Source of the DNA: a virus
DNA: 64,000 nt
Strand: one strand, 5' to 3'
IMG/VR virus record: IMGVR_UViG_3300043772_003377
Location: 1-64,000 of that record
Made by a program: the position numbers and the translations under genes
Shown here: piece by piece, positions 26,879 to 37,038 of the stretch
Numbering within the stretch: the stretch's first letter is position 1
Layout of the letters: every line of letters starts with the position of its first letter
The notes under the pieces: generated by a model
The model's database searches: none
Seen by the model: only the letters and a program-made list of their open reading frames with translations
What the model was told of the DNA's origin: nothing

Positions 26879-27457
26879 ATGACTAAAAAAGAATTATTCC
26901 TAAAATTATCTCGACCTGATAATTTTGGTATTTCTAGATGGGTAAGTAAAAATGAATTCATTGACGAATTTAAATCTTTAGACTTTAACAATGGATGTCC
27001 TTGGATACGGAGTTTTAATTACCTATATGAGACTAAAAAAGAAAATAAAATTTGGAAAGTTAGATTAGTTGGTTTTAAAAAAAACGATTCAAGACCCATC
27101 TCAAAAAAAATACGAAAATTAATTTGTTCACAATCATCTTGTCATTCAGGTTTACCCGGAACTTCAAACGACTATATAATCCCTGACCATAAAAATGGTA
27201 GATATGATAAAACATCAGTGCTTGATGTTGAAACTCAAATACTTGATGATTTTCAACCATTAACGTTAAGAGAGAACTTATTTAAGCGTCAAATATGTAA
27301 AGTTTGTAAAGAAACAAATAAAAGATTTGACGCTAAAAAACTAAGTTTTAGTTTTTCTTTTTTAGTGGGGGATGAAAACTATGAAAAGGAAATTGGGTGT
27401 GAAGGATGTTATTGGTATGATTGTAAAAAATTTAAAGAATCATTAAAATGGAAATAA
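26879..27457 (+). CDS. IceA1/NlaIII-family HNH restriction-like endonuclease
   Basis: LFLKL..PD..G.SRWVS..EF, DHK.GR, Q..DDFQ.L, KRQICK.CKE...RFDA and GC.GCY.YD match the IceA1/NlaIII pattern. Confidence 0.8.
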   Translation: MTKKELFLKLSRPDNFGISRWVSKNEFIDEFKSLDFNNGCPWIRSFNYLYETKKENKIWKVRLVGFKKNDSRPISKKIRKLICSQSSCHSGLPGTSNDYIIPDHKNGRYDKTSVLDVETQILDDFQPLTLRENLFKRQICKVCKETNKRFDAKKLSFSFSFLVGDENYEKEIGCEGCYWYDCKKFKESLKWK

Positions 27458-28203
27458 ACAAATTTTATAATGAAGATTGTTTATTAACAATGTCAAAAAT
27501 GCCAAACGAATTTATTGATGTTGTATTAACATCTCCCCCATATAATATGACAAAAAGAAAAGGAGGATATGCGGATAAACAAAAAAGATATGACACATAT
27601 TCTGATTGGAAAACCGATGAAGAATATTTAAATTGGTCAGTTAATATATTTAAAAATATAGATAGGGTTTTAAAAAAAAATAAAGTAATACTTTATAATT
27701 TTTCATATTCAATAGAAAATCCTGTATTACCGTATTTATTGGTTTCAAAGATTAATAGTGAAACAAATTTTACAATAGCGGACACAATTATATGGAAAAA
27801 ATCAAATTCGATTCCCCATCCAGCTTCTTACAATAGATTAAATAGAATTATAGAATTTGTTTTTGTTTTTGTAAGAAAAAATGAAATTAAAACTTTTGAT
27901 TGTTTTAAAAAAGTTGTAAAAGTCTCTGAAAAGGGTCAAAAATATTATGAGATAGTTGATAATTTTATTTCCGCCAAAAATAACGATGGCAGTAATGATT
28001 TAAATAAAGCGACATTTTCAACTGAATTATGTGAAAAGTTATTAAATGTATATTCAGATGAAAACGATTTGGTTTACGATCCTTTTATGGGAACGGGGAC
28101 TACTGGGGTTGCTTGTAAAAAAATAGATAGAAGTTTTATTGGAAGTGAGATTAGTGAACAACAAGTCAATTTCTCTAATAATAGGATTAGAGAAATATTT
28201 TAA
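27448..28203 (+). CDS. Site-specific DNA methyltransferase (N4-C/N6-A, beta class)
   Basis: TSPPYN catalytic motif precedes the DPFMGTGTT SAM-binding motif; overlaps the nuclease gene by 10 nt. Confidence 0.92.
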   Translation: MEINKFYNEDCLLTMSKMPNEFIDVVLTSPPYNMTKRKGGYADKQKRYDTYSDWKTDEEYLNWSVNIFKNIDRVLKKNKVILYNFSYSIENPVLPYLLVSKINSETNFTIADTIIWKKSNSIPHPASYNRLNRIIEFVFVFVRKNEIKTFDCFKKVVKVSEKGQKYYEIVDNFISAKNNDGSNDLNKATFSTELCEKLLNVYSDENDLVYDPFMGTGTTGVACKKIDRSFIGSEISEQQVNFSNNRIREIF

Positions 28204-28260
28204 GAGATAACCTATTGACTTATTAAATAAATTTACAGATAATTATAAAAACTAAAAACT

Positions 28261-28470
28261 ATGGATGAAAAATATTTTGTGGCAAAAGTAACCATTGATA
28301 TGGTAGATGCTGAATCAGGAAAATTAAAAAAACAAAAAGAGGAGAAATTGGTTAAAGGATTTAGTCCAACGGATGTTGAGGCGAAAGTAACAAAACTTTT
28401 TGAGTCGTTCACTCAAGATTGGAGAATCACGGCAATTGTTGAAAGTAAAATTGATGAGGTGGTAGAATAA
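28261..28470 (+). CDS. DUF4494-like small protein
   Basis: Pattern YF.AKV......SGK.KK..E..LV...S.TD.EAKV.......W.I..I.ESKI.EV. Confidence 0.6.
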   Translation: MDEKYFVAKVTIDMVDAESGKLKKQKEEKLVKGFSPTDVEAKVTKLFESFTQDWRITAIVESKIDEVVE

Positions 28471-28492
28471 TTAATTTTAATTACAATTAATA

Positions 28493-28520
28493 AAAAGGAG
28501 GGAATTATCCCTCCTTTTTT
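28493..28520 (+). terminator. Rho-independent terminator
   Basis: AAAAGGAGGGA-ATTA-TCCCTCCTTTT followed by more T. Confidence 0.8.
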
Positions 28521-28542
28521 ATTTTCCATATATTTATTGTTA

Positions 28543-29517
28543 ATGAAAATTGTAATTACAAAAGAACAATATCAAATTTTACAAGAAGCTTTCAAAAAAA
28601 GAGAAGAGGATAAAATCGCGACCGCTATTAGAGATAGTCTTAAATTAGTTTATCAACCAAAAGGAAAATGGGGAGTGATTAACGAACCTGATAATAATTG
28701 TGAAACAGGTGAAGGAGTTATTGGTGTGTACCCTCATTTAGAAGGAATTGATAATTGGTCAATCTTAAATAGATTCGATACAAATAGTTTAGTTAGAAAT
28801 AGGTTAAAAGAAATTTATACTAAGGACACAAATAATTCTAATTATAATAATGAAGAATTTATTAAATGGTTATTAGAAAATAAAGAAAAATTATTTGATG
28901 GTGAATATACTCAAGAATTAGTTGATTTAAATAAATCAACCGTAGATAAAGGGAATAGAAATGAGCAATTCGCAATTGATGTTTTAAAAACCGAATTCCC
29001 TAACTCAAATATTAAAAGATTTTGTTCAGGTGATAAAAGAGATACCAGAATGGGTATGGATATTGCGATAGAATCTGAAGGCGATGTTATGTTCGCACAA
29101 GTTAAATCGTTTGAAAGTGTTAAACATATGTACGAACCTGAAACAGGTAAAGAATTTTATATGGTTAAGGCATATTTTAATCACGAAAAATACTCAGAAA
29201 CAAATGTTCAGTTTTTCTTCTTTGTTAATTTTGATAAGGGAGAATACGTATTATTTCAAAATATAAAATCCAATATTCAAACTTCAGGAAATCAAAAAAC
29301 ATTATTTTTAGAAAACCCTTTATTAATATCGGATAATTTAGAATTAGGTAGTGAACCTGAAGAAAGAGTATATAGACAAACAAAAAACATCAAAAAACAG
29401 AAAAAAGTTAAAGATATATTCAAAACATCTAACAAAAAATTAGATAATTTAATTAAGAAAAGAGAACTTATCGATAAATTAATCGCTAAAGAATTAGAAA
29501 ATATTAAAACGAGTTAA
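28543..29517 (+). CDS. Protein with an N-terminal leader motif and a PD-(D/E)xK-like nuclease segment
   Basis: Starts MKIVITKEQYQILQE; contains G...E......L...D...GMD........QVK. Confidence 0.6.
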   Translation: MKIVITKEQYQILQEAFKKREEDKIATAIRDSLKLVYQPKGKWGVINEPDNNCETGEGVIGVYPHLEGIDNWSILNRFDTNSLVRNRLKEIYTKDTNNSNYNNEEFIKWLLENKEKLFDGEYTQELVDLNKSTVDKGNRNEQFAIDVLKTEFPNSNIKRFCSGDKRDTRMGMDIAIESEGDVMFAQVKSFESVKHMYEPETGKEFYMVKAYFNHEKYSETNVQFFFFVNFDKGEYVLFQNIKSNIQTSGNQKTLFLENPLLISDNLELGSEPEERVYRQTKNIKKQKKVKDIFKTSNKKLDNLIKKRELIDKLIAKELENIKTS

Positions 29518-29601
29518 TAAAAAAATAGATAGGAAATTATTAAAAATAAGAATTTTTTAATAATCACACATATTTATATTAATAAATTATAACCAAAAAC
29601 T

Positions 29602-30990
29602 ATGGCAAAAGAAAAATCAGTAGTTGAAGAAGCGATACTTCAAATGAAAAATTTAGAAGAAACAGTCGCTGAAAATGCAAAAGGAATACTTGCGTCTACA
29701 ATGAAGCAAGAAATCAAAGAACTGGTAAAAGAATCTCTATCCGAACAAGAAGAAGAGGAAGAAGAGGTTGATGATGTTGAAATGGATTCTGAAATTGAAG
29801 AACCTGAATCTGATGATGAAGGTGATGAAATGGATGATGATATGGAAACTGATAACGAAGAAGATATGGATTTCCCAGACATGGAAATACCTTCAGATGA
29901 AGAAGAACCTATCGACTTAACGGGAAAATCTGACGAAGAAGTTCTTCGTGTATTCCAATTAATGGGTCCTAATGACAATGTTATTGTTACAAAAGACGAC
30001 TCAGGAAACATCAATCTTAAAGATGGTGAGAAAGAATATATGATAGTACAAGAATCTGAAGAAGAAGATGTTATGGACGAAGTTTCTGACGAAATGATGG
30101 AAGACATGGAAATGGAAGAATCTGAATTGGATGAAGAGGAAATGGATGAATCTGAATTAGATGAAGAAGAAGAATCAACCGAAATGGATGAATCTTACGA
30201 AGAAAAAGATGAAGAAATCGTTTATGAAATCTCTTTTGACGATGATGAAGAAGAAGAAGAATTTTTCGAATCTGACGAATCTTTAATGGAATCTAAAATG
30301 AAAATAAAAGCTAAAGGTAAAGTTGGTAATGGTCCGAAATTCAAATATTCCACAAAACCAAACATGGCTGGAGGATTTAAAGAAAAAATGAAACAAGGTC
30401 CTAAGTCAGTTGGTACAGGTAAAGCCAAATTTGAATACAAAGAAGGTGAAAACATGGATGGAAAAATGAAGAAGGTTACCAACGTAAAAAAAACCGAAAC
30501 AAAAGAAGCTTCTCGTACTTTAGGTGCGGGAAGAAAGTTTGGAAGAAAAGGATTACCCAAACCAAAAGCAGCTCCGAGACACATTCAAGTTGAGTCTACG
30601 GATGTTGAAGTTAAACTTCTTAGAGAGAAAAATGAAGAATACAGAAAAGCACTTAACGTATTTAGAAATAAGTTAAATGAAGTGGCAGTTTTCAATTCAA
30701 ACTTAGCTTACGCTACACGTTTGTTCACAGAACACTCAACTTCAAAACAAGAAAAAATAAATATTTTAAGAAGATTTGATTCTGTTGAATCGTTAAAAGA
30801 ATCTAAGAGTTTATATCAAACCATTAAAAATGAATTGTCCACAGACAAAGGAAAAAGTATAAATGAGTCAGTTGAAAGAATTATTGAAAGTACTCCTACT
30901 ACAGGTTCAGCAACAACTTTAATTGAATCAAAAACTTATGAAAATCCTCAGTTCTTGAGAATGAAAGATTTGATGGGAAAAATAAAATAA
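29602..30990 (+). CDS. Prohead core/scaffolding protein (highly acidic)
   Basis: Directly upstream of the MCP, D/E-rich, coiled-coil C-terminus, many [ILV]xE sites. Confidence 0.75.
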   Translation: MAKEKSVVEEAILQMKNLEETVAENAKGILASTMKQEIKELVKESLSEQEEEEEEVDDVEMDSEIEEPESDDEGDEMDDDMETDNEEDMDFPDMEIPSDEEEPIDLTGKSDEEVLRVFQLMGPNDNVIVTKDDSGNINLKDGEKEYMIVQESEEEDVMDEVSDEMMEDMEMEESELDEEEMDESELDEEEESTEMDESYEEKDEEIVYEISFDDDEEEEEFFESDESLMESKMKIKAKGKVGNGPKFKYSTKPNMAGGFKEKMKQGPKSVGTGKAKFEYKEGENMDGKMKKVTNVKKTETKEASRTLGAGRKFGRKGLPKPKAAPRHIQVESTDVEVKLLREKNEEYRKALNVFRNKLNEVAVFNSNLAYATRLFTEHSTSKQEKINILRRFDSVESLKESKSLYQTIKNELSTDKGKSINESVERIIESTPTTGSATTLIESKTYENPQFLRMKDLMGKIK

Positions 30991-31017
30991 AAATAAAAAA
31001 AATAAAAAACAAAAAAA

Positions 31018-32817
31018 ATGGGAGCATTATTAGAATCAGGTCTTGTTGGTAACATCGGGTTAAAACACCTTAAAGTTATTAAAGAAGATACAATTAACAA
31101 ATGGGATAAATTAGGATTCCTAGAAGGTCTTAAAGGACATTTAAAAGAGAACGTGGCTCAATTATATGAGAACCAAGCATCTTTCCTAATTAATGAGGCG
31201 ACATCAGAAGGTTCAAACGGAGCGTTTGAAACAGTTGTGTTTCCAATCGTAAGACGTGTTTTCTCTAAATTATTAGCGAACGACATCGTATCAGTACAAG
31301 CTATGAATTTACCTATCGGTAAATTATTCTACTTTGTACCTAAAATTCAAGGTTATAATACCGGTAATGAACACTTTGCACCAGTAGGAGCACCTAATGG
31401 AGCTAACGTTGGTGATGGTTACGGTGCTGGTAGTACTTACGGAAATAAAAATCTTTACGATTTATTCTATGAAGGTTCTGAACCAGGATTGAATCCAGCA
31501 GGGTTATTTGATTATTCTAAAGGTCAATTCACAGCGGTTACAGCATCAACAAGAGTTCAAGTATGGTCAGGTTCAGAATTAATTGATGAAACTACTGAAT
31601 TAGATGGTGAAACAGTAAGAAAAGTTATCATCAAAATGTCAGGTTTCTCAAATTCAGGAGCGGGTAAATTAATCGGACCTGATGGTAATGAAATCGATAC
31701 TGAAACTTTCTTATCTGATTTAGTTATCACTAAAGGTGCTGGTTTAGATGTTGACGCTGATTCAGCTTGTGAAGTTGCTGATAACACTCCATTATTATTT
31801 AGAGTTGTTACACAACAATATGGTAAAGGAATTGTTCAGTATGGTAAAACTACAACCGTTAACTGGGCAGAAGGAAATGGTGGTTCATTTAAAGATGTTT
31901 GTGACGCTGAAGGTTACATTTATTTAGAAGTTGACTTATCTTGTCCGGCTTGTGTTGGTTGTGGTGCCGATACATTAGATGGTTACACAGGAACAACTAT
32001 AGTTTCTGCGGCAACAACTACTTCATTCGTTGCAGTATTTAAAAGATACCGTGAATTAGAATTTGAAGATAAAATTGGTGAAGTTTCTTTTGATTTAGAT
32101 TCAGTTACCGTTTCTGTTACTGAAAGAAAATTAAGAGCACAATGGTCTCCTGAATTAGCACAAGACGTTGCGGCATTCCACAACATCGATGCTGAAGCTG
32201 AATTAACAGCATTATTATCTGAACAAGTTGCGGCCGAAATCGACCGTGAAATTTTACGTGATTTACGTAAAGGTGCGGCTTGGTCATTACGTTGGGATTA
32301 CAACGGATGGAGAAGAGTTACAGGATTATCAACTTCTTATACTCAGAAAGATTGGAATCAAACTTTGATTACTGCAATTAACCAATTGTCAGCTCAAATC
32401 CACAAGTCAACTCTTCGTGGTGGTGCTAACTGGATCGTTGTATCAAGTGAGATTTCTGCAATCTTCGATGATTTAGAATACTTCCACGTATCTAACGCAT
32501 CTCCTGAGCAAGATCAGTATAATATGGGTATTGAAAGAGTAGGTACTTTAGCAGGTCGTTACCAAGTGTATCGTGACCCTTACTTCCCACCAAACACAAT
32601 TTTGTTGGGTCATAAAGGAACATCGTTACTTGACACTGGTTACATCTACGCACCTTACGTTCCACTTCAATTAACACCTACAATGTATAATCCGTTTAAT
32701 TTCACTCCAATAAAAGGAATAATGACAAGGTATGCTAAGAAAATGGTAAACAACCGTTTCTACGCGAAAATTACCGTAGATGGTGTTCGTACATTTGATT
32801 TAAGAGAGTTAAGATAA
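31018..32817 (+). CDS. Major capsid protein (T4 gp23-like)
   Basis: PIVRRVF..L.A.DIVSVQ.M..P.G..F, RKL.A.WS.ELAQD..A.H.IDAEAEL...LS..V..EIDREI, YAPYVPL, P..GIMTRY. Confidence 0.97.
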   Translation: MGALLESGLVGNIGLKHLKVIKEDTINKWDKLGFLEGLKGHLKENVAQLYENQASFLINEATSEGSNGAFETVVFPIVRRVFSKLLANDIVSVQAMNLPIGKLFYFVPKIQGYNTGNEHFAPVGAPNGANVGDGYGAGSTYGNKNLYDLFYEGSEPGLNPAGLFDYSKGQFTAVTASTRVQVWSGSELIDETTELDGETVRKVIIKMSGFSNSGAGKLIGPDGNEIDTETFLSDLVITKGAGLDVDADSACEVADNTPLLFRVVTQQYGKGIVQYGKTTTVNWAEGNGGSFKDVCDAEGYIYLEVDLSCPACVGCGADTLDGYTGTTIVSAATTTSFVAVFKRYRELEFEDKIGEVSFDLDSVTVSVTERKLRAQWSPELAQDVAAFHNIDAEAELTALLSEQVAAEIDREILRDLRKGAAWSLRWDYNGWRRVTGLSTSYTQKDWNQTLITAINQLSAQIHKSTLRGGANWIVVSSEISAIFDDLEYFHVSNASPEQDQYNMGIERVGTLAGRYQVYRDPYFPPNTILLGHKGTSLLDTGYIYAPYVPLQLTPTMYNPFNFTPIKGIMTRYAKKMVNNRFYAKITVDGVRTFDLRELR

Positions 32818-32839
32818 TTAAACTCTTAATGATAAAATT

Positions 32840-32870
32840 AAAAGGTCAGAGAAATCTGACCTTTTTTTTT
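32840..32870. terminator. Terminator after the MCP (probably bidirectional)
   Basis: AAAAGGTCAGA-GAAA-TCTGACCTTTT followed by a T-run. Confidence 0.85.
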
Positions 32871-34488
32871 AAATAACAACAAGTTCGTATTTTAAATTAC
32901 CGGTATCCCAAATTTTATCAAAACCCAACTCATACATTATCTCATTTTCAGTTTTTGTCTTATCGTACCCCATACTAACTAACTTATCTTTTCTAAAATT
33001 ATATCTATGATACCTAATGGAATAATTTTTAGTATATGAATAATTAGGTTTTGTTTCTCCAACAAAATTAAACCCCATTTTACTATAAAAACAAAATTCA
33101 TCTGATGGTGACCAATTTCTATCGGCATATGTAATTATTTTTTTTGGCGAATGTATTTTAATAAAATATTTTAATAATTTAGAAAACCCTCCAATAACAT
33201 TTAAGTTACAATATCTATAAATTTCAAATTCACCATCTTTAATATTCTTATGACCTAAAGAATTTCGTAATTTACCAAAGGTAATTACTGACACCAATTC
33301 CTTATTATACTCCAACCCATAAAAAATAGAGGATTTATCATTACCCTGTAAATGATTTTTATTTAAAAAATCTTTTTTTTGTTCATTGGTTAATTCAATG
33401 ACCTTACAATTTCTAGCATATATTTTACTCTGGTTTAAATTTAAAATAGTTTTTAATCTTTCTTTAATTATATTTTTCTTATCACTCCATTCATCTGAAA
33501 AGATATGGATTAGTCTTATATTTTTATTTAAACATTTTTTTGTTTTATCTATATGATACGTTTTTGTTTTACCTCTTTTTTCTGAATGCCAATATAAACC
33601 ATTATATTCTATGGCCATATTATGATCCGGTATGAAAATATCTAATTCAGTACCATTTAAAACACTTTTATTGTTAACTAATATATTTAAACCCAAACCA
33701 CTAATAAATTCACTTATTTCATTTTCAGATTGACTTCTATAATATACTCCTAATTCAATATCATTTAATTGGTCAACAAATTTTTTATGTAAATTATTTG
33801 ATAATATTTCACGACCATATAAATTTTTGTATTCTTCTTGTGTTATGTTGTGTAATTTCAAATGAGTGTTTGATAAAATTTTCAATTTTTCATTACATAT
33901 CATGCAAGTTGTGAAATTACCAACATCTTCAAATAAAGTATTTCTTTCAACATATTTCTTTAATGTATTAAAAAATATTTCATAATCGGGATTATTCTCA
34001 ATAAATTCTGAAATAGATCCGTGAGTTTTGTCTATATGTTTAGTAAATGAACCCGTTTTATTAGTTAAGTCATTAGTTTCCCACTCACATAACGGACATT
34101 TTAATTTTTCAATTTCTTCAATTTCTTTTTTAATAAAAAAATCTGAATGAAAATGATGACCATTTTCTTTTAAAAACATTCTTCGTTTAAAAGAGGATGG
34201 AATTATTACATCAGGATAACATTCTTTTATGTGATTCGTTATTGACCCGCTTTTATTTTCATAATCATTAAATGTTTTTTTGCATTTTTTACATTCTAAT
34301 GTGTGAGGGTCTATTTTAATGACATTGTCTTTATTTAGATATTTGGTCTGACCTCCTTTTTTTCTTATATCCACATTATTATCTTTTAAAATTTTTTTCA
34401 ATTTTAATTTACCAATTTTAAATTCTTTACATAAATCCTCCAAAGAAGAATTCGAATTTTTGTATTTTTCAATTATAAGTGTTTCCAT
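32869..34488 (-). CDS. Hef-like putative homing endonuclease with C2H2 zinc fingers
   Basis: Three CxxC...H...H-type fingers, ELDIFIP....AIEYNG.YWHS nuclease core, and a C-terminal IYAR.C...NHLQG...GGFSKL...YADR...GF...IWD.G region. Confidence 0.75.
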   Translation of the reverse strand: METLIIEKYKNSNSSLEDLCKEFKIGKLKLKKILKDNNVDIRKKGGQTKYLNKDNVIKIDPHTLECKKCKKTFNDYENKSGSITNHIKECYPDVIIPSSFKRRMFLKENGHHFHSDFFIKKEIEEIEKLKCPLCEWETNDLTNKTGSFTKHIDKTHGSISEFIENNPDYEIFFNTLKKYVERNTLFEDVGNFTTCMICNEKLKILSNTHLKLHNITQEEYKNLYGREILSNNLHKKFVDQLNDIELGVYYRSQSENEISEFISGLGLNILVNNKSVLNGTELDIFIPDHNMAIEYNGLYWHSEKRGKTKTYHIDKTKKCLNKNIRLIHIFSDEWSDKKNIIKERLKTILNLNQSKIYARNCKVIELTNEQKKDFLNKNHLQGNDKSSIFYGLEYNKELVSVITFGKLRNSLGHKNIKDGEFEIYRYCNLNVIGGFSKLLKYFIKIHSPKKIITYADRNWSPSDEFCFYSKMGFNFVGETKPNYSYTKNYSIRYHRYNFRKDKLVSMGYDKTKTENEIMYELGFDKIWDTGNLKYELVVI

Positions 34489-34651
34489 AATAATATAATT
34501 ATACCTAATAATGGTATAAAATCAAATAGTATGAAAAAATATTTAAATTTCAATAAAATATGGGATTGCGGTTTATTTAAATATAAACTGATTATCAAGT
34601 AGTTAATAATTTATTTTTTTTAAAATCAAATTATTTTTGTATATTTGTATT

Positions 34652-35200
34652 ATGAGAATATTGATAATTTTATTGTTAATTAGTTTAACACTTAATTCAC
34701 AGACATTTACTGAAAAAAACTTTAATGTTCACATTTTTAACAAAAAATTATACCAAAAAATTAACGATTATAGGAAAAAGAACAATATCGATACATTAAT
34801 TTATTCTAATGTTTCTGAAGAATTGGTTTCCAAAATTAATGTTAATAAAATGGTTGAAAAATCATTATGTTATCATCCTGATGTTAATTTTTATGATGGT
34901 AGAAAAATTGGTGAATCATTGTTTATTGAGTATTATAAAAAATTGAATTTGAAGAGGGAGTATCCGGAGGATGATTTTGTCACATATGCCGAAATTTCTG
35001 CCTTTACAAGTAGGACATTTAATAATTATGATGATATGACGGAATATTTTTTAAATTGTTGGATAAACTCACCAAAACATAAAAAAATATTACACATCCC
35101 ACTTTATAATGGATTATGTTCATCATTTATAAAAAAAGGTAAAGAAGGGTTTTACGTCACCTTTGATTTTATCGACATTAGTGTTTTTACCATACATTAA
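34652..35200 (+). CDS. Secreted CAP (SCP/PR-1) domain protein, paralog 1
   Basis: Signal peptide MRILIILLLISLTLNSQ and INDYR...W.NSP.H..IL. Start set at the ATG 4 nt after TATATTTG. Confidence 0.75.
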   Translation: MRILIILLLISLTLNSQTFTEKNFNVHIFNKKLYQKINDYRKKNNIDTLIYSNVSEELVSKINVNKMVEKSLCYHPDVNFYDGRKIGESLFIEYYKKLNLKREYPEDDFVTYAEISAFTSRTFNNYDDMTEYFLNCWINSPKHKKILHIPLYNGLCSSFIKKGKEGFYVTFDFIDISVFTIH

Positions 35201-35302
35201 ATAATATATTAATATGAATATGTTTCTTTTTAAAAAAATAAGGAAAATTGAAAATTTGTTAAAACAACCTGTTTTTAACTTTTTAGTGTTAAAATAAACA
35301 AT

Positions 35303-35860
35303 ATGAGAAAATTAATTTTAATTATCGGTTTAATTTATTTAGGGATGATCACTTTTTTGGGGCAAATTAATAATTTTAACGTCAACACATTCAATAAAAA
35401 AGTATATCAAAAAATTAACGATTATAGGAAAAAGAACAATATTGACACATTAATTTATTCCAAGGCATCCGAAGAATTGGTCTCCAAAGTTAATGTTAAT
35501 AAAATGACTGAGAAATCATTATGTTATCATCCTGACGTTAATTTTTACGATTATAGAAAAATTGGTGAATCATTGTTTATTGAGTATTATAAAAAATTGA
35601 ATTTGAAGAGAGAATATCCAGAATTTGATTCTGTTTGGTACGCTGAAATCTCAGCTTTCACAAGTAAAAAATTTAATAATTATGATGAAATGGTTGAGTA
35701 TTTTTTAAATGGTTGGATAAACTCACCAAACCATAGAGAAATTTTAAATACCAACTTTAAATTGTCACACTCAGGTATTTGTTCGACATATATTAAGAAA
35801 GGTAAAGAAGGTTATTATGTATCGTTTAATTTTATTGGTATGATTATTACCAATAATTAA
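35303..35860 (+). CDS. Secreted CAP domain protein, paralog 2
   Basis: Signal peptide; near-identical core to 34652-35200; WINSPNHREIL. Confidence 0.75.
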   Translation: MRKLILIIGLIYLGMITFLGQINNFNVNTFNKKVYQKINDYRKKNNIDTLIYSKASEELVSKVNVNKMTEKSLCYHPDVNFYDYRKIGESLFIEYYKKLNLKREYPEFDSVWYAEISAFTSKKFNNYDEMVEYFLNGWINSPNHREILNTNFKLSHSGICSTYIKKGKEGYYVSFNFIGMIITNN

Positions 35861-35861
35861 A

Positions 35862-36980
35862 TTATTTCAAATAATTTGAGACCAATGATTCAAATGAATC
35901 ATTCCCTTTTGAATATTGTCCAGTGTCAGGAGAATATTTCGATAGATTCATAAATTTTTTTAATTCGTTTAAATCCCCTTCACTATCTTTAATGTTCTCT
36001 TTAAAAACCTTATTATTTTTCTCCAAAGAAATCTTATTAATTTTTCCATTTTCCCAATAAAAATTCCATCTGATTTTTGGGTAAACTTCAGTCGAGAATC
36101 GTTCCTTTTCTTTTGCTAAGTCGGTAGATAATTTTTGACTATATTTTATTTCGTATATCGCAATATAATTACCCAAATTTTTAGTATCAGGTGTTTGAAA
36201 TTTACCACCACTATCTTTACATCTTAATGGGGTAACATTAGACGCAAATTCGCCGGCGCCATTTTTTGAATTACAAAAATAACTGCCTTGGATAATATAC
36301 TTCGGATCATATTTTTTTGGTATAACCGTTTCCTTAACATCAGTTTTTATGTAATTAAAAGTTAAATTAACCGATATAAATTGACCTGGCCTTAAATTCG
36401 CCGGTCTATTTGGGGAATTGTCAGTAAATCCACTCGTATTGATAACTACAGATGAGGTTACCTTTGGGACTGAATCATCGACAGAAACTCCAATACTCTT
36501 TAAATAAGTTGTTAATTGTGGTAAAAATATGTCAGCTCTTTGTTTTGCCAAATTTAAATTATTTCTGTAACCATTATCATTTGGTGTTTTTGGATTTTTT
36601 GTGGTTCTATCATTTTCTAAATCATACCCTGTCGCCTTATTTCCCCAACTATTACTGGCCGAACCCATAACCGATATGTTGGTTAATTTTATATTTTTAT
36701 CTTCTAACATTTTTTTTGATTCAGGGTTAGAATTTATTGATGTTAAAATTCCTTCAGTAAATGATTTATAAGATTCCGGTGTTAATGTATTTGAACCTGT
36801 CGAATAAACAACATCTTGAGAATAAGGTATTGATATGGATTGGGTTGTTGTTTCTGTTGTTTTTGTACCCCCTTCAACCCCCTGTTTCGTTACGGTTGTT
36901 GTTTTTTGTTCGGATATGACCTTACCCTTTTCATAATTTACAAGGTATTGTATCCTTAATAATTCTTCTTTAATATTCAT
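35862..36980 (-). CDS. Protein with a leader motif and an OmpA-C-like peptidoglycan-binding segment
   Basis: MNIKEELLRIQYL...VISE leader; ISVMGSAS...NLNLAKQRA...L motif. Confidence 0.55.
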   Translation of the reverse strand: MNIKEELLRIQYLVNYEKGKVISEQKTTTVTKQGVEGGTKTTETTTQSISIPYSQDVVYSTGSNTLTPESYKSFTEGILTSINSNPESKKMLEDKNIKLTNISVMGSASNSWGNKATGYDLENDRTTKNPKTPNDNGYRNNLNLAKQRADIFLPQLTTYLKSIGVSVDDSVPKVTSSVVINTSGFTDNSPNRPANLRPGQFISVNLTFNYIKTDVKETVIPKKYDPKYIIQGSYFCNSKNGAGEFASNVTPLRCKDSGGKFQTPDTKNLGNYIAIYEIKYSQKLSTDLAKEKERFSTEVYPKIRWNFYWENGKINKISLEKNNKVFKENIKDSEGDLNELKKFMNLSKYSPDTGQYSKGNDSFESLVSNYLK

Positions 36981-37038
36981 ACCTATAAATATATTATGTT
37001 AGTGTTTAATTTACTATTAATAGGATATTTATAACTAT

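Noticed and set aside
14190-32817. Inteins or introns in terminase, portal or MCP
   Set aside because: The ORFs are continuous, with no C/S...HN splice termini or embedded endonuclease.
34593-34605. IHF-consensus match TATCAAGTAGTTA (also at 26107)
   Set aside because: A degenerate AT-rich consensus is expected by chance, and there is no integrase or att context.
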